Below are positions 53,401 through 61,039 of a stretch of DNA of 64,000 bases, piece after piece. The stretch is from assembly GCA_050749465.1 (NCBI GenBank), contig JBOGRO010000020.1, positions 47,540 through 111,539 of the forward strand, written 5' to 3'. The notes under the pieces were generated by a model. The model searched no databases. It worked only from the letters and a program-made list of their open reading frames with translations, and had not been told where the DNA came from. Source of the DNA: Thermoplasmata archaeon. Its GTDB lineage: Archaea > Thermoplasmatota > Thermoplasmata > Lutacidiplasmatales > UBA184. The position numbers and the translations under genes are program-made. Positions within the stretch are counted from its first letter, which is position 1. Each line of letters opens with the position of its first letter.

Positions 53401-54005
53401 TACGCGAGGGCATCCGGCTCGTTGCCCGCGCCGACGCTGGTGTTGGCCGCGTAGGTGACCCCGCGGAGGACGCTGACGTTGTCGGAGCCGTTGTTAGCGA
53501 CATAGACCTCCTCGTGGCCGGCGTCGTACGCGACGGCCATCGGAAGCGTTCCGGCGCCGACCGTCCCTGCGTTGAGATTCGTCGCAGCGTTGATCCGGCT
53601 CAGGCTGTCGGAGCCGAAGTCCGCGATCAGTACCGCGCCCGTCGCGGTGTCCACGGTCCCCGCCAGCGGGTTAAGGCCATTGGCCGCGGCGAAGTTGCCG
53701 TCCACGAGCGTGCTGTTCAGGAGAACGAGGGTCCGTGTCGAGGTCGGCCCCGAGTTGAGGCTCGGGCCGAGACCGGTTTCGATGTGGGCGGAACCGGCCG
53801 CGGCGCCGGTCCTGGCGATTCCCGCGCTTGCCCTCCCACCGGGCACTACCGTGGGGGTCGCCGCGCGAGGTCCCGCGGACCCGCTGGCCGGCACGAGAAC
53901 AACGATCAGGATGAAGAGAATTCCGACCGAGAGAATCGTGCCCCGGCAGGAGCGGGCTCTCGCGCGAATGACCCACCCCATGCTGGTTCCGACCGGGCGT
54001 TCCAA
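50412..54005 (-). CDS. Secreted, membrane-anchored surface protein: YVTN-type beta-propeller repeats plus six tandem 77-aa repeats
   Basis: 1197 aa with an N-terminal signal/TM (ILSVGILFILIVVLV). About 14 copies of the ~42-aa motif P-x-x-(V/A)AYD-x-x-x-x-E(V/I)(Y/F)VAN-x-x-S-(N/D)-x-V(S/T)VI form a YVTN family beta-propeller. Six FTESGLPxGTxWxV repeats follow, then a C-terminal TM helix and a basic/proline tail. The track start is TTG 54005; an alternative is ATG 53981. Confidence 0.85.
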   Translation of the reverse strand: MERPVGTSMGWVIRARARSCRGTILSVGILFILIVVLVPASGSAGPRAATPTVVPGGRASAGIARTGAAAGSAHIETGLGPSLNSGPTSTRTLVLLNSTLVDGNFAAANGLNPLAGTVDTATGAVLIADFGSDSLSRINAATNLNAGTVGAGTLPMAVAYDAGHEEVYVANNGSDNVSVLRGVTYAANTSVGAGNEPDALAYDPSVGDVYVANNASNNVTVINDTRNVVVKNVAVGLEPDAVAYDNATGDIYVANYGSDTVSVINDTLNQVIATVNVGTNPAAEAYDYGTHEVYVANQGSRNVSVVSGSSPYPVLTTVTVASNPSGVAYDPGHGEVFVSNRGPRDVYVIDDTGNTIATIVAVDSHPSGVTYDPSVGEVFVESSGSDKITVVNDTTDLTVASVGIGATPRGIALDPPLAELFVPDEFSNSVEVINDTSNVIVANISVGYHPYSAAFDPAQMEVFVANSASNSVSVIDVNTNQVAYTLGAGYFPVAVTYDSGQNEVYVANSMSNNTTVIDASNNEVVANVTTGGGPDALAYDPGAGEIFVANELTNNTSVINDTVHEVVATIAVGTDPDAVTYDPAQREVFVANLASKNVTIIDAPTNTTVTSVTTNTHPVALAYDAWAGEMLVTTLSHASVSAINTTTDRIVTSVPVGQRPESVLRDPLNSLVYVGNYAQGTLSVISTNYFVTFTESGLPAGTHWSVTLGGVKNSSTTPTIGFWAPNGTWSWSIGALPGYSTAYSGSVTVAGANASEPVVFTVVTYPVTFTEVGLPAGTEWWLNTTGQSAIETTSATIQFNEANGTYYYSTATPNKGYSTNVSDFVVNGAPVAETVTFTLYRYPVTFTESGLPSGTEWWVNVTDGVSFNSTGDSLTFPLTNGTYFYALASANRSWSGAGGDFTVNGAAVSQPAAFSLVTYAVTFTESDLPTGTPWWVNQTGQSPLGSTGTTITTAEPNGSYSYGIGSGNSSFSSPGAVYTVQGRAAAVSVPFALVTYAVTFDASGLPTGTVWTVTLDGTTRSSATGSNVIAEANGTYPYLVASPGYLPTPASGVVGVHGSSETESVSFAVFTYVVTFAETGLPAGTDWSVSTGGQTVNSSSPDHTFLLANGTYPFAVGAVPGEVGTPTHGNVTVSGAAATQAVAFSSSNLSPASTFPWDWIVVGIILLVVLGVAVGVIVRSRPKPVPPPSPPETGSRS
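50565..51941 (-). repeat. Six tandem ~231-bp (76-77 aa) coding repeats
   Basis: Each unit begins Y-x-VTF-(T/A/D)-E-x-GLP-x-GT-x-W and ends in a V-x-F strand. Residue counting gives units of 76, 77, 77, 77, 76 and 76 aa. Unit starts are also similar at the DNA level (ggtgaaggtgacggggta variants). Confidence 0.8.
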
Positions 54006-54202
54006 TCCCAGCAGTAGTTAACCGTTTCGAACCGACCCGGATTCAGTCGCGCCGGTCGTTTTTCGCACCGGCTACCGGTCACCGGATTCGACCTCGAGCC
54101 GCGGCGGCGAACTCCCGTCGCGAACTATGCGAATACGAACTCGATCGGCCACGGACGGACCAACGTAGAAATACTACTTCGACCCAAGCTTGACCACCCC
54201 AC

Positions 54203-56437
54203 GTGCGCCGTTCGAGAACGAATCCCGAATCCTCGCATTCACGCATGCAACCTCTGCCCTCTCCGCGAGCCTGGACGGGTACGGTCAACCCCCGTCGGGT
54301 GGTCTTGGTCGCCCTGTCGGTCGTGGTGGTCGTTTTGCTGGTGCCGTCGCTCGTCGTCCCCGCCTCGGGGAGCGCGTCGTCGGGTCCTCCCTCACTGGAT
54401 TCGCTCGTATCGCACTCGACGGCCGCCGCGGGCTTTCCAACGCCGATTCAGCACGTCATCGTGCTGATGTTCGAGAACCAGGCCCAGTCCTCGGTCCTGG
54501 GAAACAGCTATTTCGCCGGCCTGTGTAAGACCTACTCCTGCGCCACGGATTTCTACTCCGAGTGTCACCCGAGCGAACCGAACTATCTCGCCTTTTTCTC
54601 CGACTCCGTGCACGGGCGATGCGGCACGGACGACCTGACGTCCTTTGGCGGGACGAGCCTCGCCAACTCGCTCGACGCGTCGGGGCGCTCCTGGGCGTCC
54701 TACGAGCTCGACATGCCCTCCGCCTGCTACCTGAAGAACGACAAACCGTACGACGCCTGGCACGACCCGGCCGTCTTCTTCACCTACGTCACCTCGAGCA
54801 CGAGCTACTGCGACAGCCACGTCCTCGCGAACGGCGCGGTCTACAGCCCTCCCTCGTGGAATACGAGCGCTCCGCCGAACTTCGCCTGGGTGGGGCAGGG
54901 CCAGGGCGGCGCGGGTACCGGCGGCAATGTCTACTCGCTCAAGGACAACGCAGTGATGGCGTCTTACGACCTCGGCGAGTGGGAGTCGCAGCCCTGGTGG
55001 TCGAGCACGGCCATGCTGATCGCCTTCGATGAGGGCGGCGCCTCCGACACGAGCTGCCCCGGCGTCGATGGTCTCACCTCCGGCTGCGGCGGCCTCACCT
55101 ACCTCGCCGCCGTGAGTCCCTACTCGGCGGGCGTGGGGAACGACGCTACGCCGAGCGACCACTTCTCCGAATACCAAACGGTCGCCTGGCTCCTCGGCCT
55201 CACGACGGACGTGGGCATTGTGGGCACCCCGCTCACGGCGATGTTCCACCTCTCGTTGACCGGTAGCTACACGGTCTCGGGGATCGTCTCGAGCGCGCTG
55301 GGCGAACCGCTCTCGGGAGCGACCGTCTTTGCGAACGGCTCGAGCGTGGAGCGGTCCACGACGACCGACGCTGCGGGGGCGTTCTCCTTCCAATTGCCGA
55401 ACGGGTCGGTCGAACTCACCGCCACGGAAACCGGTTACCTCGCCAACGCTACCGGCGTCACCGTGTCGGGCGGGGCCATCACCGGGGTCTCGTTGGAGCT
55501 CCACGCGCTCGGCACGGCCAGCTACGGCGTATCGGGAACGGTCCAACAGTTCGGAACCGGCGCGCCGATCTCCGGAGCGAGGGTTTACGCGAACACGAGC
55601 ACGTCGTCGGTCTACCAGACCACGTCCGCGTCCGGCACCTACACGTTCTCGCTGGTCAACGGGAGCTACGAATTCGCCGCGACCGCCCCGGGCGACGGGC
55701 CCCAGGGCCAGTCGGTGACCGTCGCCGGTACCGCCCTCTCGAACGTGAACTTCACCCTCTCGTCGGACTACGAGGTATCGGGCTCCGTTCTCGCGGCGCT
55801 CGACGGGGCCCCGGTCCCGGACGCTCGGGTCTACGCGAACTCGACGGGGGGGTCCGCCCAGGGAGTGGGCAGCTCCAACGGGAACTACTCCCTAGCCCTC
55901 TCGAACGGCACCTACCATCTCACCGCGGCCGCGGCTGGGTTCGAGCCGGGGCATGAGAACGTAACGGTCAACGGTGCCTCGGTCAGCCGGGAGAACTTCG
56001 CCCTTACCGCGGCTCCGGCCCCGCGCTACCCCGCGGAGGGCTTCGTTCAGAGCAGCTCGACCGGCGCCGCGATCTCGAACGCGACCCTCGTCTTCACGAA
56101 CGGGACGCTCTCGGTCCACGCGGCGACGAACGCGACCGGTGAGTACTCGACGCTCCTGGCGAGCGGGAAGTACAACATCACGGTCACGGCCCAAGGCTAC
56201 ACGACGGACGTCACGCAGGGGACGGTCGCCCCCGCCGACCACAACATCCTCAACTTCACCCTCCTGCCCGGTTCGTCCCCCTCCTCTCCGGCCGGGACCC
56301 CGTGGACCCCGCTGGACGACTATCTCGTCATCGGCACCGTCATTGCGGTCGCCGGGCTGGCGAGCTGGGTGGTGCTGCGACGGTCAGCGAGTCGTCCTCC
56401 CCCCTCCCACCGTGCCTCAAGACCCGGCGTCAAGTAG
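54203..56437 (+). CDS. Secreted, membrane-anchored phosphoesterase-family protein (phospholipase C / acid phosphatase-like) with about five CarboxypepD_reg-like domains
   Basis: 744 aa with a signal/TM (VVLVALSVVVVVLLV). HVIVLMFENQAQSSVLG and CHPSEPNYLAFFSD are phosphoesterase-like. Repeated ~85-aa units of the type Y-x-VSG-x-V...G-x-P(I/V)-x-(G/D)A-x-V(F/Y)AN...G-x-Y-x-(F/L) follow, then a C-terminal TM helix plus basic tail. The start is GTG 54203, or alternatively ATG 54245. Confidence 0.7.
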   Translation: MRRSRTNPESSHSRMQPLPSPRAWTGTVNPRRVVLVALSVVVVVLLVPSLVVPASGSASSGPPSLDSLVSHSTAAAGFPTPIQHVIVLMFENQAQSSVLGNSYFAGLCKTYSCATDFYSECHPSEPNYLAFFSDSVHGRCGTDDLTSFGGTSLANSLDASGRSWASYELDMPSACYLKNDKPYDAWHDPAVFFTYVTSSTSYCDSHVLANGAVYSPPSWNTSAPPNFAWVGQGQGGAGTGGNVYSLKDNAVMASYDLGEWESQPWWSSTAMLIAFDEGGASDTSCPGVDGLTSGCGGLTYLAAVSPYSAGVGNDATPSDHFSEYQTVAWLLGLTTDVGIVGTPLTAMFHLSLTGSYTVSGIVSSALGEPLSGATVFANGSSVERSTTTDAAGAFSFQLPNGSVELTATETGYLANATGVTVSGGAITGVSLELHALGTASYGVSGTVQQFGTGAPISGARVYANTSTSSVYQTTSASGTYTFSLVNGSYEFAATAPGDGPQGQSVTVAGTALSNVNFTLSSDYEVSGSVLAALDGAPVPDARVYANSTGGSAQGVGSSNGNYSLALSNGTYHLTAAAAGFEPGHENVTVNGASVSRENFALTAAPAPRYPAEGFVQSSSTGAAISNATLVFTNGTLSVHAATNATGEYSTLLASGKYNITVTAQGYTTDVTQGTVAPADHNILNFTLLPGSSPSSPAGTPWTPLDDYLVIGTVIAVAGLASWVVLRRSASRPPPSHRASRPGVK

Positions 56438-56481
56438 AACAGTCCCTGCCGCCGAACCCGATGGGTTCCTTCGTCGTAGAA

Positions 56482-56508
56482 GCTTCCGCCCGAAACCGGG
56501 CGGGAAGC
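56482..56508 (+). other. Strong GC hairpin (GCTTCCGCCCG-AAAC-CGGGCGGGAAGC, one bulged G)
   Basis: An 11-bp stem with one bulge and a 4-nt loop, 45 nt downstream of the 54203..56437 stop. No T-tract follows. It may be a transcript 3'-end or stability element. Confidence 0.3.
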
Positions 56509-56646
56509 GGACTCGTGTTGGATCAAGCCGAGCCCGCGTCCCCCGTGGAGCGGGACGAGCAGACCTCTCCAGCTCGCCCGCGTGCCGGGGCCGGCCCGGG
56601 ACGAGTGGAACATTCCATAAGTCCTTAGCCTAGCGATGCCTACCTC

Positions 56647-57825
56647 TTGCGAGGTGGGCTTCTGCCCCTACCCAGCTATGCGGTGGTCCTCTCGGAAGGG
56701 GAGCATCAACGACTCGAGGCGACCGTCCGCCGGACCTCGGCCCCGTATCGTGAGGCGCTGCGCTCTCGGATCGCGCTCCTTGCCGACCAAGGTACGTCCA
56801 ATCACGAGATCGCCCGCACCCTCGGGTGCGCCCTTCAGACCGTCAAGACGTGGCGCAAACGCTTCGTCCGAGAGCGACTCGATGCCCTCGTCGACCGCCC
56901 TCGGACCGGACGCCCCCGACAGTTCCCGGCCCGTACGTGGGCGACCCTGAAGGCCATCGCCTGCGAGCTCCCGGCGGAACGGGGTCTCCCGCTCAGCCGC
57001 TTCTCCCTCTCGGAGATCCACTCCGTGCTTCGGAAGGAGCGGCTCCGGCCGCTCCCTAGTCGGACCACCGTCTGGAGAGTCCTCCATCAAGATGGGATCC
57101 GTCCCTGGTTCTACCGGTCCTGGATCCACAAGCGCGCCCCGGACTTTCTCGAGAAGGCCGGCCCCGTGCTCGATCTCTACGAAGGGCGTTGGGAAGGGCA
57201 GCCGTTGGGATCGAGGGACCACGTAATCTGCGCCGATGAGAAGACCGGGGTCCAGATCCTCCGCCGAAAGGTGGGGACCCGAGCGCCCCGACCAAGGGAA
57301 CCGGGCAAGGTGGAGTTCGAATACACCCGGAAAGGGACCCTCTGTTTCCAGGGAGCTCTGGACGTCCTTCGGGGGCGTGTGTTCGGGGCATTCCCCGAAC
57401 GCAACACCGCCGAGGCGTTCCGAAGCTTCGTCGCCGAGGTCATGGAAGGGGAGCCGTACGTCTCGGCGACTCGGATCTTCTGGGTGACGGACAACGGGAG
57501 CGCGCATCACCCGAAGAGCTTCGGACCGTGGCTGACGGCCCGCTATCCGCACGCTCGCGCGGTTCACACGCCGGTACACGCGAGCTGGGTGGACCAGGAA
57601 GAGCTCTTCCTGGCGATCCTGACGAAGAAGGCGCTGACGCCGAGGGACTTTGCGAGCCGCGAAGAAGCAGCGGCCCGTATCCGGGGATTCCTCGCTCGAT
57701 GGAACCGACACCCCCGTCCTTTCCGTTGGACCTACACGCGGGAGGATCTCCGGGCCGACCTGAAGCGGTGGTCCGAAGAAGAGCCCAAGAGTCGGGAGCT
57801 CGTGAGGGCGGAGGAGAAGCGATGA
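56647..57825 (+). CDS. IS630/Tc1-mariner-like DDE transposase
   Basis: 392 aa. N-terminal HTH pair (SNHEIARTLGCALQTVKTWRKRF; LSEIHSVLRKE...TTVWRVL). DDE-type residues lie in VICADEKTG, FWVTDNGSAHH and ASWVDQEELF. The track start is TTG 56647; an alternative is GTG 56683. Confidence 0.82.
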   Translation: MRGGLLPLPSYAVVLSEGEHQRLEATVRRTSAPYREALRSRIALLADQGTSNHEIARTLGCALQTVKTWRKRFVRERLDALVDRPRTGRPRQFPARTWATLKAIACELPAERGLPLSRFSLSEIHSVLRKERLRPLPSRTTVWRVLHQDGIRPWFYRSWIHKRAPDFLEKAGPVLDLYEGRWEGQPLGSRDHVICADEKTGVQILRRKVGTRAPRPREPGKVEFEYTRKGTLCFQGALDVLRGRVFGAFPERNTAEAFRSFVAEVMEGEPYVSATRIFWVTDNGSAHHPKSFGPWLTARYPHARAVHTPVHASWVDQEELFLAILTKKALTPRDFASREEAAARIRGFLARWNRHPRPFRWTYTREDLRADLKRWSEEEPKSRELVRAEEKR

Positions 57826-58175
57826 CGCGAGCCGCGGGAGGGATCCCTCCGAAGCTCCGACAGGAGCTGACCGACCGCCTGAGGACCCATGCCCAGAAGC
57901 ACTGGAAAGAACGGTGCGCGCGGGTGGAGGTGCGGTTCCGGGGGCGATACGCCCAGGTGGACGCCTACGAGTTTGACGAGGAGTCGCCGGGGAACGTGGA
58001 GAGCGTCCCGACGCACCTGTGTCGACTGGAATACGCCGGTCGGTCGGACCTCTGGGGCTTTGCGTTCTACAAATACAGCACGGAGCGGTACGAGCGCTCG
58101 TTCCTGCCGAGCGGGTCGATGGGGGGCACGCCCGAGGAGTGCTTCGACTGCGCGGGGCTCGCCTACCTGAGGTGA
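57822..58175 (+). CDS. Hypothetical 117-aa protein, translationally coupled to the transposase (ATGA overlap)
   Basis: ATG at 57822 overlaps the transposase stop at 57823-57825. The sequence is MTRAAGGIPPKLRQELTDRLRTHAQKHWKERCARVEVRFRGRYAQVDAYEF...LCRLEYAGRSDLWGFAFYKYSTERYE..., with balanced composition. The upstream part of track ORF 57528..58175 is shadow sequence. Confidence 0.6.
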   Translation: MTRAAGGIPPKLRQELTDRLRTHAQKHWKERCARVEVRFRGRYAQVDAYEFDEESPGNVESVPTHLCRLEYAGRSDLWGFAFYKYSTERYERSFLPSGSMGGTPEECFDCAGLAYLR

Positions 58176-58183
58176 GAAGGACG

Positions 58184-58585
58184 ATGTCCCGATCGTGGGA
58201 GGACCGGGTCGACGAGTATGTAGACTCACCGCGGATGCGAGAACGGATCAAGGACGGATCGACCGTGATATGTCGGATCCAGGGAAACTCGGGGGTCTAC
58301 CGGACCGAGGCTTCGGTGGGGCGAAAGAAGGCGTCGGATTGCACCTGCCCGTCCGAGTACGTCCCGTGCAAGCATGTGGCTGCGCTGCTCGAGACCTACC
58401 AGCGCAATCCGCGATCGTTCGTGGACCTGGATCAGGTGCTGAAGCAGCTCGAGAAACGGGACCCGAAGGAGCTGCTCGGCGTTGTCCGACAGATGGCGCG
58501 CGAGACACCCTCGGTGCTCGCGGTCCTTGGAGTGAAGGGATTCCAGAAGCTGGACGAGTACGACCCGGAAGAAGAGGGATGGTAG
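58184..58585 (+). CDS. SWIM zinc-finger protein (133 aa)
   Basis: ATG at 58184, 8 nt after the previous stop, with GGTGAGAAGG upstream. The SWIM signature C-x-C-x(n)-C-x-H is present as DCTCPSEYVPCKHVAALL. Confidence 0.7.
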   Translation: MSRSWEDRVDEYVDSPRMRERIKDGSTVICRIQGNSGVYRTEASVGRKKASDCTCPSEYVPCKHVAALLETYQRNPRSFVDLDQVLKQLEKRDPKELLGVVRQMARETPSVLAVLGVKGFQKLDEYDPEEEGW

Positions 58586-58828
58586 AGGCGATGGGCCGTG
58601 CTCGGCTAGGAACTTCTGGAAACGCCCACTAGCCGCGGCAGCGAGCCTCGCGGCCGCCCCGACGCAGGCATACAGGTTCATATACCGGAGAGGGCGAGAT
58701 ATACATCCAAAGGTCCGCATCGAACCCGCTCTCGCGTCGGTGAGGGAAGCGACCGCTGGGTCGCTCTTCGCTCCTCGACCCCGGTCTCCTGAGCGGCCTG
58801 GTGCAGTGGATGTCGGAGGGTCGACACG

Positions 58829-60949
58829 ATGAGAGGAGCATGGACGGGAACGGCCTCCCTCGTCGTGGTCAGCCTCCTTCTCGCGTCCGGACTCGCGCTC
58901 GCCAGTGGCTCGACTCCGAGGTCGCCCGCATCGTCCGCGACTTCGGGGGAAACCGCCGCGGGGGTGACGCGGGGCTCCTCCAGCGTCTCCGTCAATCTCT
59001 CGGGGGCCGCTCCGTATGACCTCGCCCCCGGATTCTGGGGCGTCAACGTCCGGCCCTACACCACGGTCGGGGCCTCTCAGGCCGCGCTGATCGACGCGAC
59101 GCCGGTCCGCTACGTCATCTGGCCGGGCGGCGCGATCGCCGACCGGTACAACATGAGCTCGGGGACCCTCTACAGCCTTTCGGGCCAGGCCTCGACCATG
59201 CCGTCGAACGAGGCGCAGTTCGTGGCGTGGTGCCGCTCGAGCGGTTGCAGCGCGATCATCCAGGTCCCCGCCGAGACCGACCGGCCGTGGGTCGCCGCGG
59301 CGGAGATCAATTACACCGTCAAGACGCTGGGCTTCCAGCCGACACTGATCGAGATCGGCAACGAGCCGGCCCTTTGGGACCACTTTGACGTCCCCTGGTC
59401 GAAGTGGGCCTCCGCCCAGAAGGATACGGTGACGGCGACTCAGTACGCCCAGCTCGTGCACGCCTACATCGCGGCGATCCGCTCGGTCGACCCCTCGGCT
59501 CGCTTCGTGGGGCTACCGGGGCTGGGGACCGGTTCGTCGGGCGAGACGACCTGGCTCGCGGACTCCGTGTCGGTCAACGGCCCGAACCTCTCCGCGGTCG
59601 CGATCCACGTCTATCCCGCCGGCTCCGACTCCCCGATCCTGCCGACGCTGTCGGCCTTCTACTCCACCCTCAGCACCGGCGCTTCCTCGCTCGACGTCCG
59701 GGTGCCGAAGGACCGCGCCGCGATGGCCGCGGCCTGCTCCACGTGCGGTTCGATCCCGATCCTCGTGACGGAGCTTGGGGCCTCGGGCGTCTCGACGTCG
59801 TCGTTCACCTCCTACATGGAGGGGTTCCCGAACGTCCCCTACATCGCGACCGAACTCGTCCAGGGGATCGCGCTCAACCTCTCGGGGATGTACGATTTCG
59901 CGTTCCAGTCGACGTACCCGGGGTCGTGGGTCGCGGCGAACGGCTCGATCGACCCGGTCTACACGCTCTACAGTACCTTGCTGGCGAACCTCGGTACCCT
60001 CGCCCAACCGCTCGCGCTCAGCGCCACCGCCGCTGGGCTCGCGGTCGCGCTCCTTCAGAACACGACCACCGGCGCCGAGCGGCTCCTTGCCGTGAACACC
60101 AACGTCGCGACCTCGTACTCGCTCCAGATCGGGGCCCTGCCGTGGGCGACCGGCTCGGAGGCGACCGCGACCTGGTGGAACGGGACCGCGCCGGCCCCGG
60201 TCTCGCTCAGCGAGCGCGCGGTCCCATCGGTATGGACGGTCGCGCCCGAGAGCGTGGCGCTCCTGGCGAGCGGCGGCAACCTTACGATCGTCCCGCCGCC
60301 CCACCCCGGAACGATCGCCGGCGAGGTCACGGCGAGGTCCGGCGCTCCGCTCGGCGGCGCCGAGGTCGTCGCGGTGGGCAGCGAGGGTTCGGGCAGCGCC
60401 ACGTCCAACTCGTACGGCGGGTACTCGATCTCTGTCGCGGCGGGGTCGTACTCCGTCCGCGTGTCCGCTACGGGGTTCGTGGCGGCGACCGGCACGGCGA
60501 CCGTCCGACCGGGGACGACAACCTCGCTCAACTTCACGCTCAAGGTCGCCGCGGCCAGCTACCCCGCCGCGGGGGTCGTCGTCGCGGCCGAGGGCGGCCC
60601 GCTCTCCCACGCGACCGTGCAGGCTCGGAACGGCAGCACGAGCGTCTCGACGGTCTCCGACGCGAACGGCTCGTTCTCGCTTGCGCTTCCCAACGGGACG
60701 TACACGATCACCGCCACGGACTCCGGCTACGATCCGGCGAGCGTGACGGTCACGGTCGCCGGCGGACCGGTCCGCTCGGTCGACCTCTCGCTGACCTCGG
60801 CCGCCGGGTCCGGCTCCGGAACTTCCCCCGCGGGCAACCCGAGCGGATCCGGGGGATGGATTCCGCTGGCCGGGATCGCGGCGATCGGGATCGCGGTCGT
60901 CGCCGGCGCGATGCTCCTGCTCCGACGCCGCCGGGCTCCGCCCGCGTAA
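58829..60949 (+). CDS. Secreted, membrane-anchored glycoside-hydrolase-like (clan GH-A TIM barrel) protein with two CarboxypepD_reg-like domains
   Basis: 706 aa with signal peptide MRGAWTGTASLVVVSLLLASGLALA. WPGGAIADRY, the IEIGNEPALW acid/base-type NEP motif, AIHVYPAG and a VTELG nucleophile-type motif are present. Two Ig-like regulatory domains, a G/S linker, a TM helix and RRRR follow. GGAGGG lies 10 nt upstream of the ATG. Confidence 0.65.
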   Translation: MRGAWTGTASLVVVSLLLASGLALASGSTPRSPASSATSGETAAGVTRGSSSVSVNLSGAAPYDLAPGFWGVNVRPYTTVGASQAALIDATPVRYVIWPGGAIADRYNMSSGTLYSLSGQASTMPSNEAQFVAWCRSSGCSAIIQVPAETDRPWVAAAEINYTVKTLGFQPTLIEIGNEPALWDHFDVPWSKWASAQKDTVTATQYAQLVHAYIAAIRSVDPSARFVGLPGLGTGSSGETTWLADSVSVNGPNLSAVAIHVYPAGSDSPILPTLSAFYSTLSTGASSLDVRVPKDRAAMAAACSTCGSIPILVTELGASGVSTSSFTSYMEGFPNVPYIATELVQGIALNLSGMYDFAFQSTYPGSWVAANGSIDPVYTLYSTLLANLGTLAQPLALSATAAGLAVALLQNTTTGAERLLAVNTNVATSYSLQIGALPWATGSEATATWWNGTAPAPVSLSERAVPSVWTVAPESVALLASGGNLTIVPPPHPGTIAGEVTARSGAPLGGAEVVAVGSEGSGSATSNSYGGYSISVAAGSYSVRVSATGFVAATGTATVRPGTTTSLNFTLKVAAASYPAAGVVVAAEGGPLSHATVQARNGSTSVSTVSDANGSFSLALPNGTYTITATDSGYDPASVTVTVAGGPVRSVDLSLTSAAGSGSGTSPAGNPSGSGGWIPLAGIAAIGIAVVAGAMLLLRRRRAPPA

Positions 60950-61039
60950 GGCTCCGGGACCGATCCGATCCGCCGCCGTTCGGGCTTGCAGCTCCTCGTG
61001 GAGCAGCACCCAACCGGTGCTCGACCCCGGTTCCCGAGG

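Larger units (their letters stand above)
56621..58613 (+). mobile_element. Tentative IS630-like element or remnant carrying a transposase plus two coupled passenger genes
   Basis: An imperfect terminal inverted repeat is present. GTCCTTAGCCTAGC at 56621-56634 compares with the reverse complement of 58600-58613, GTTCCTAGCCGAGC (11/14 matches). It encloses the DDE transposase, a 117-aa ORF and a SWIM ORF. The borders look locally less GC-rich. No clear TA target duplication was found. Confidence 0.3.
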
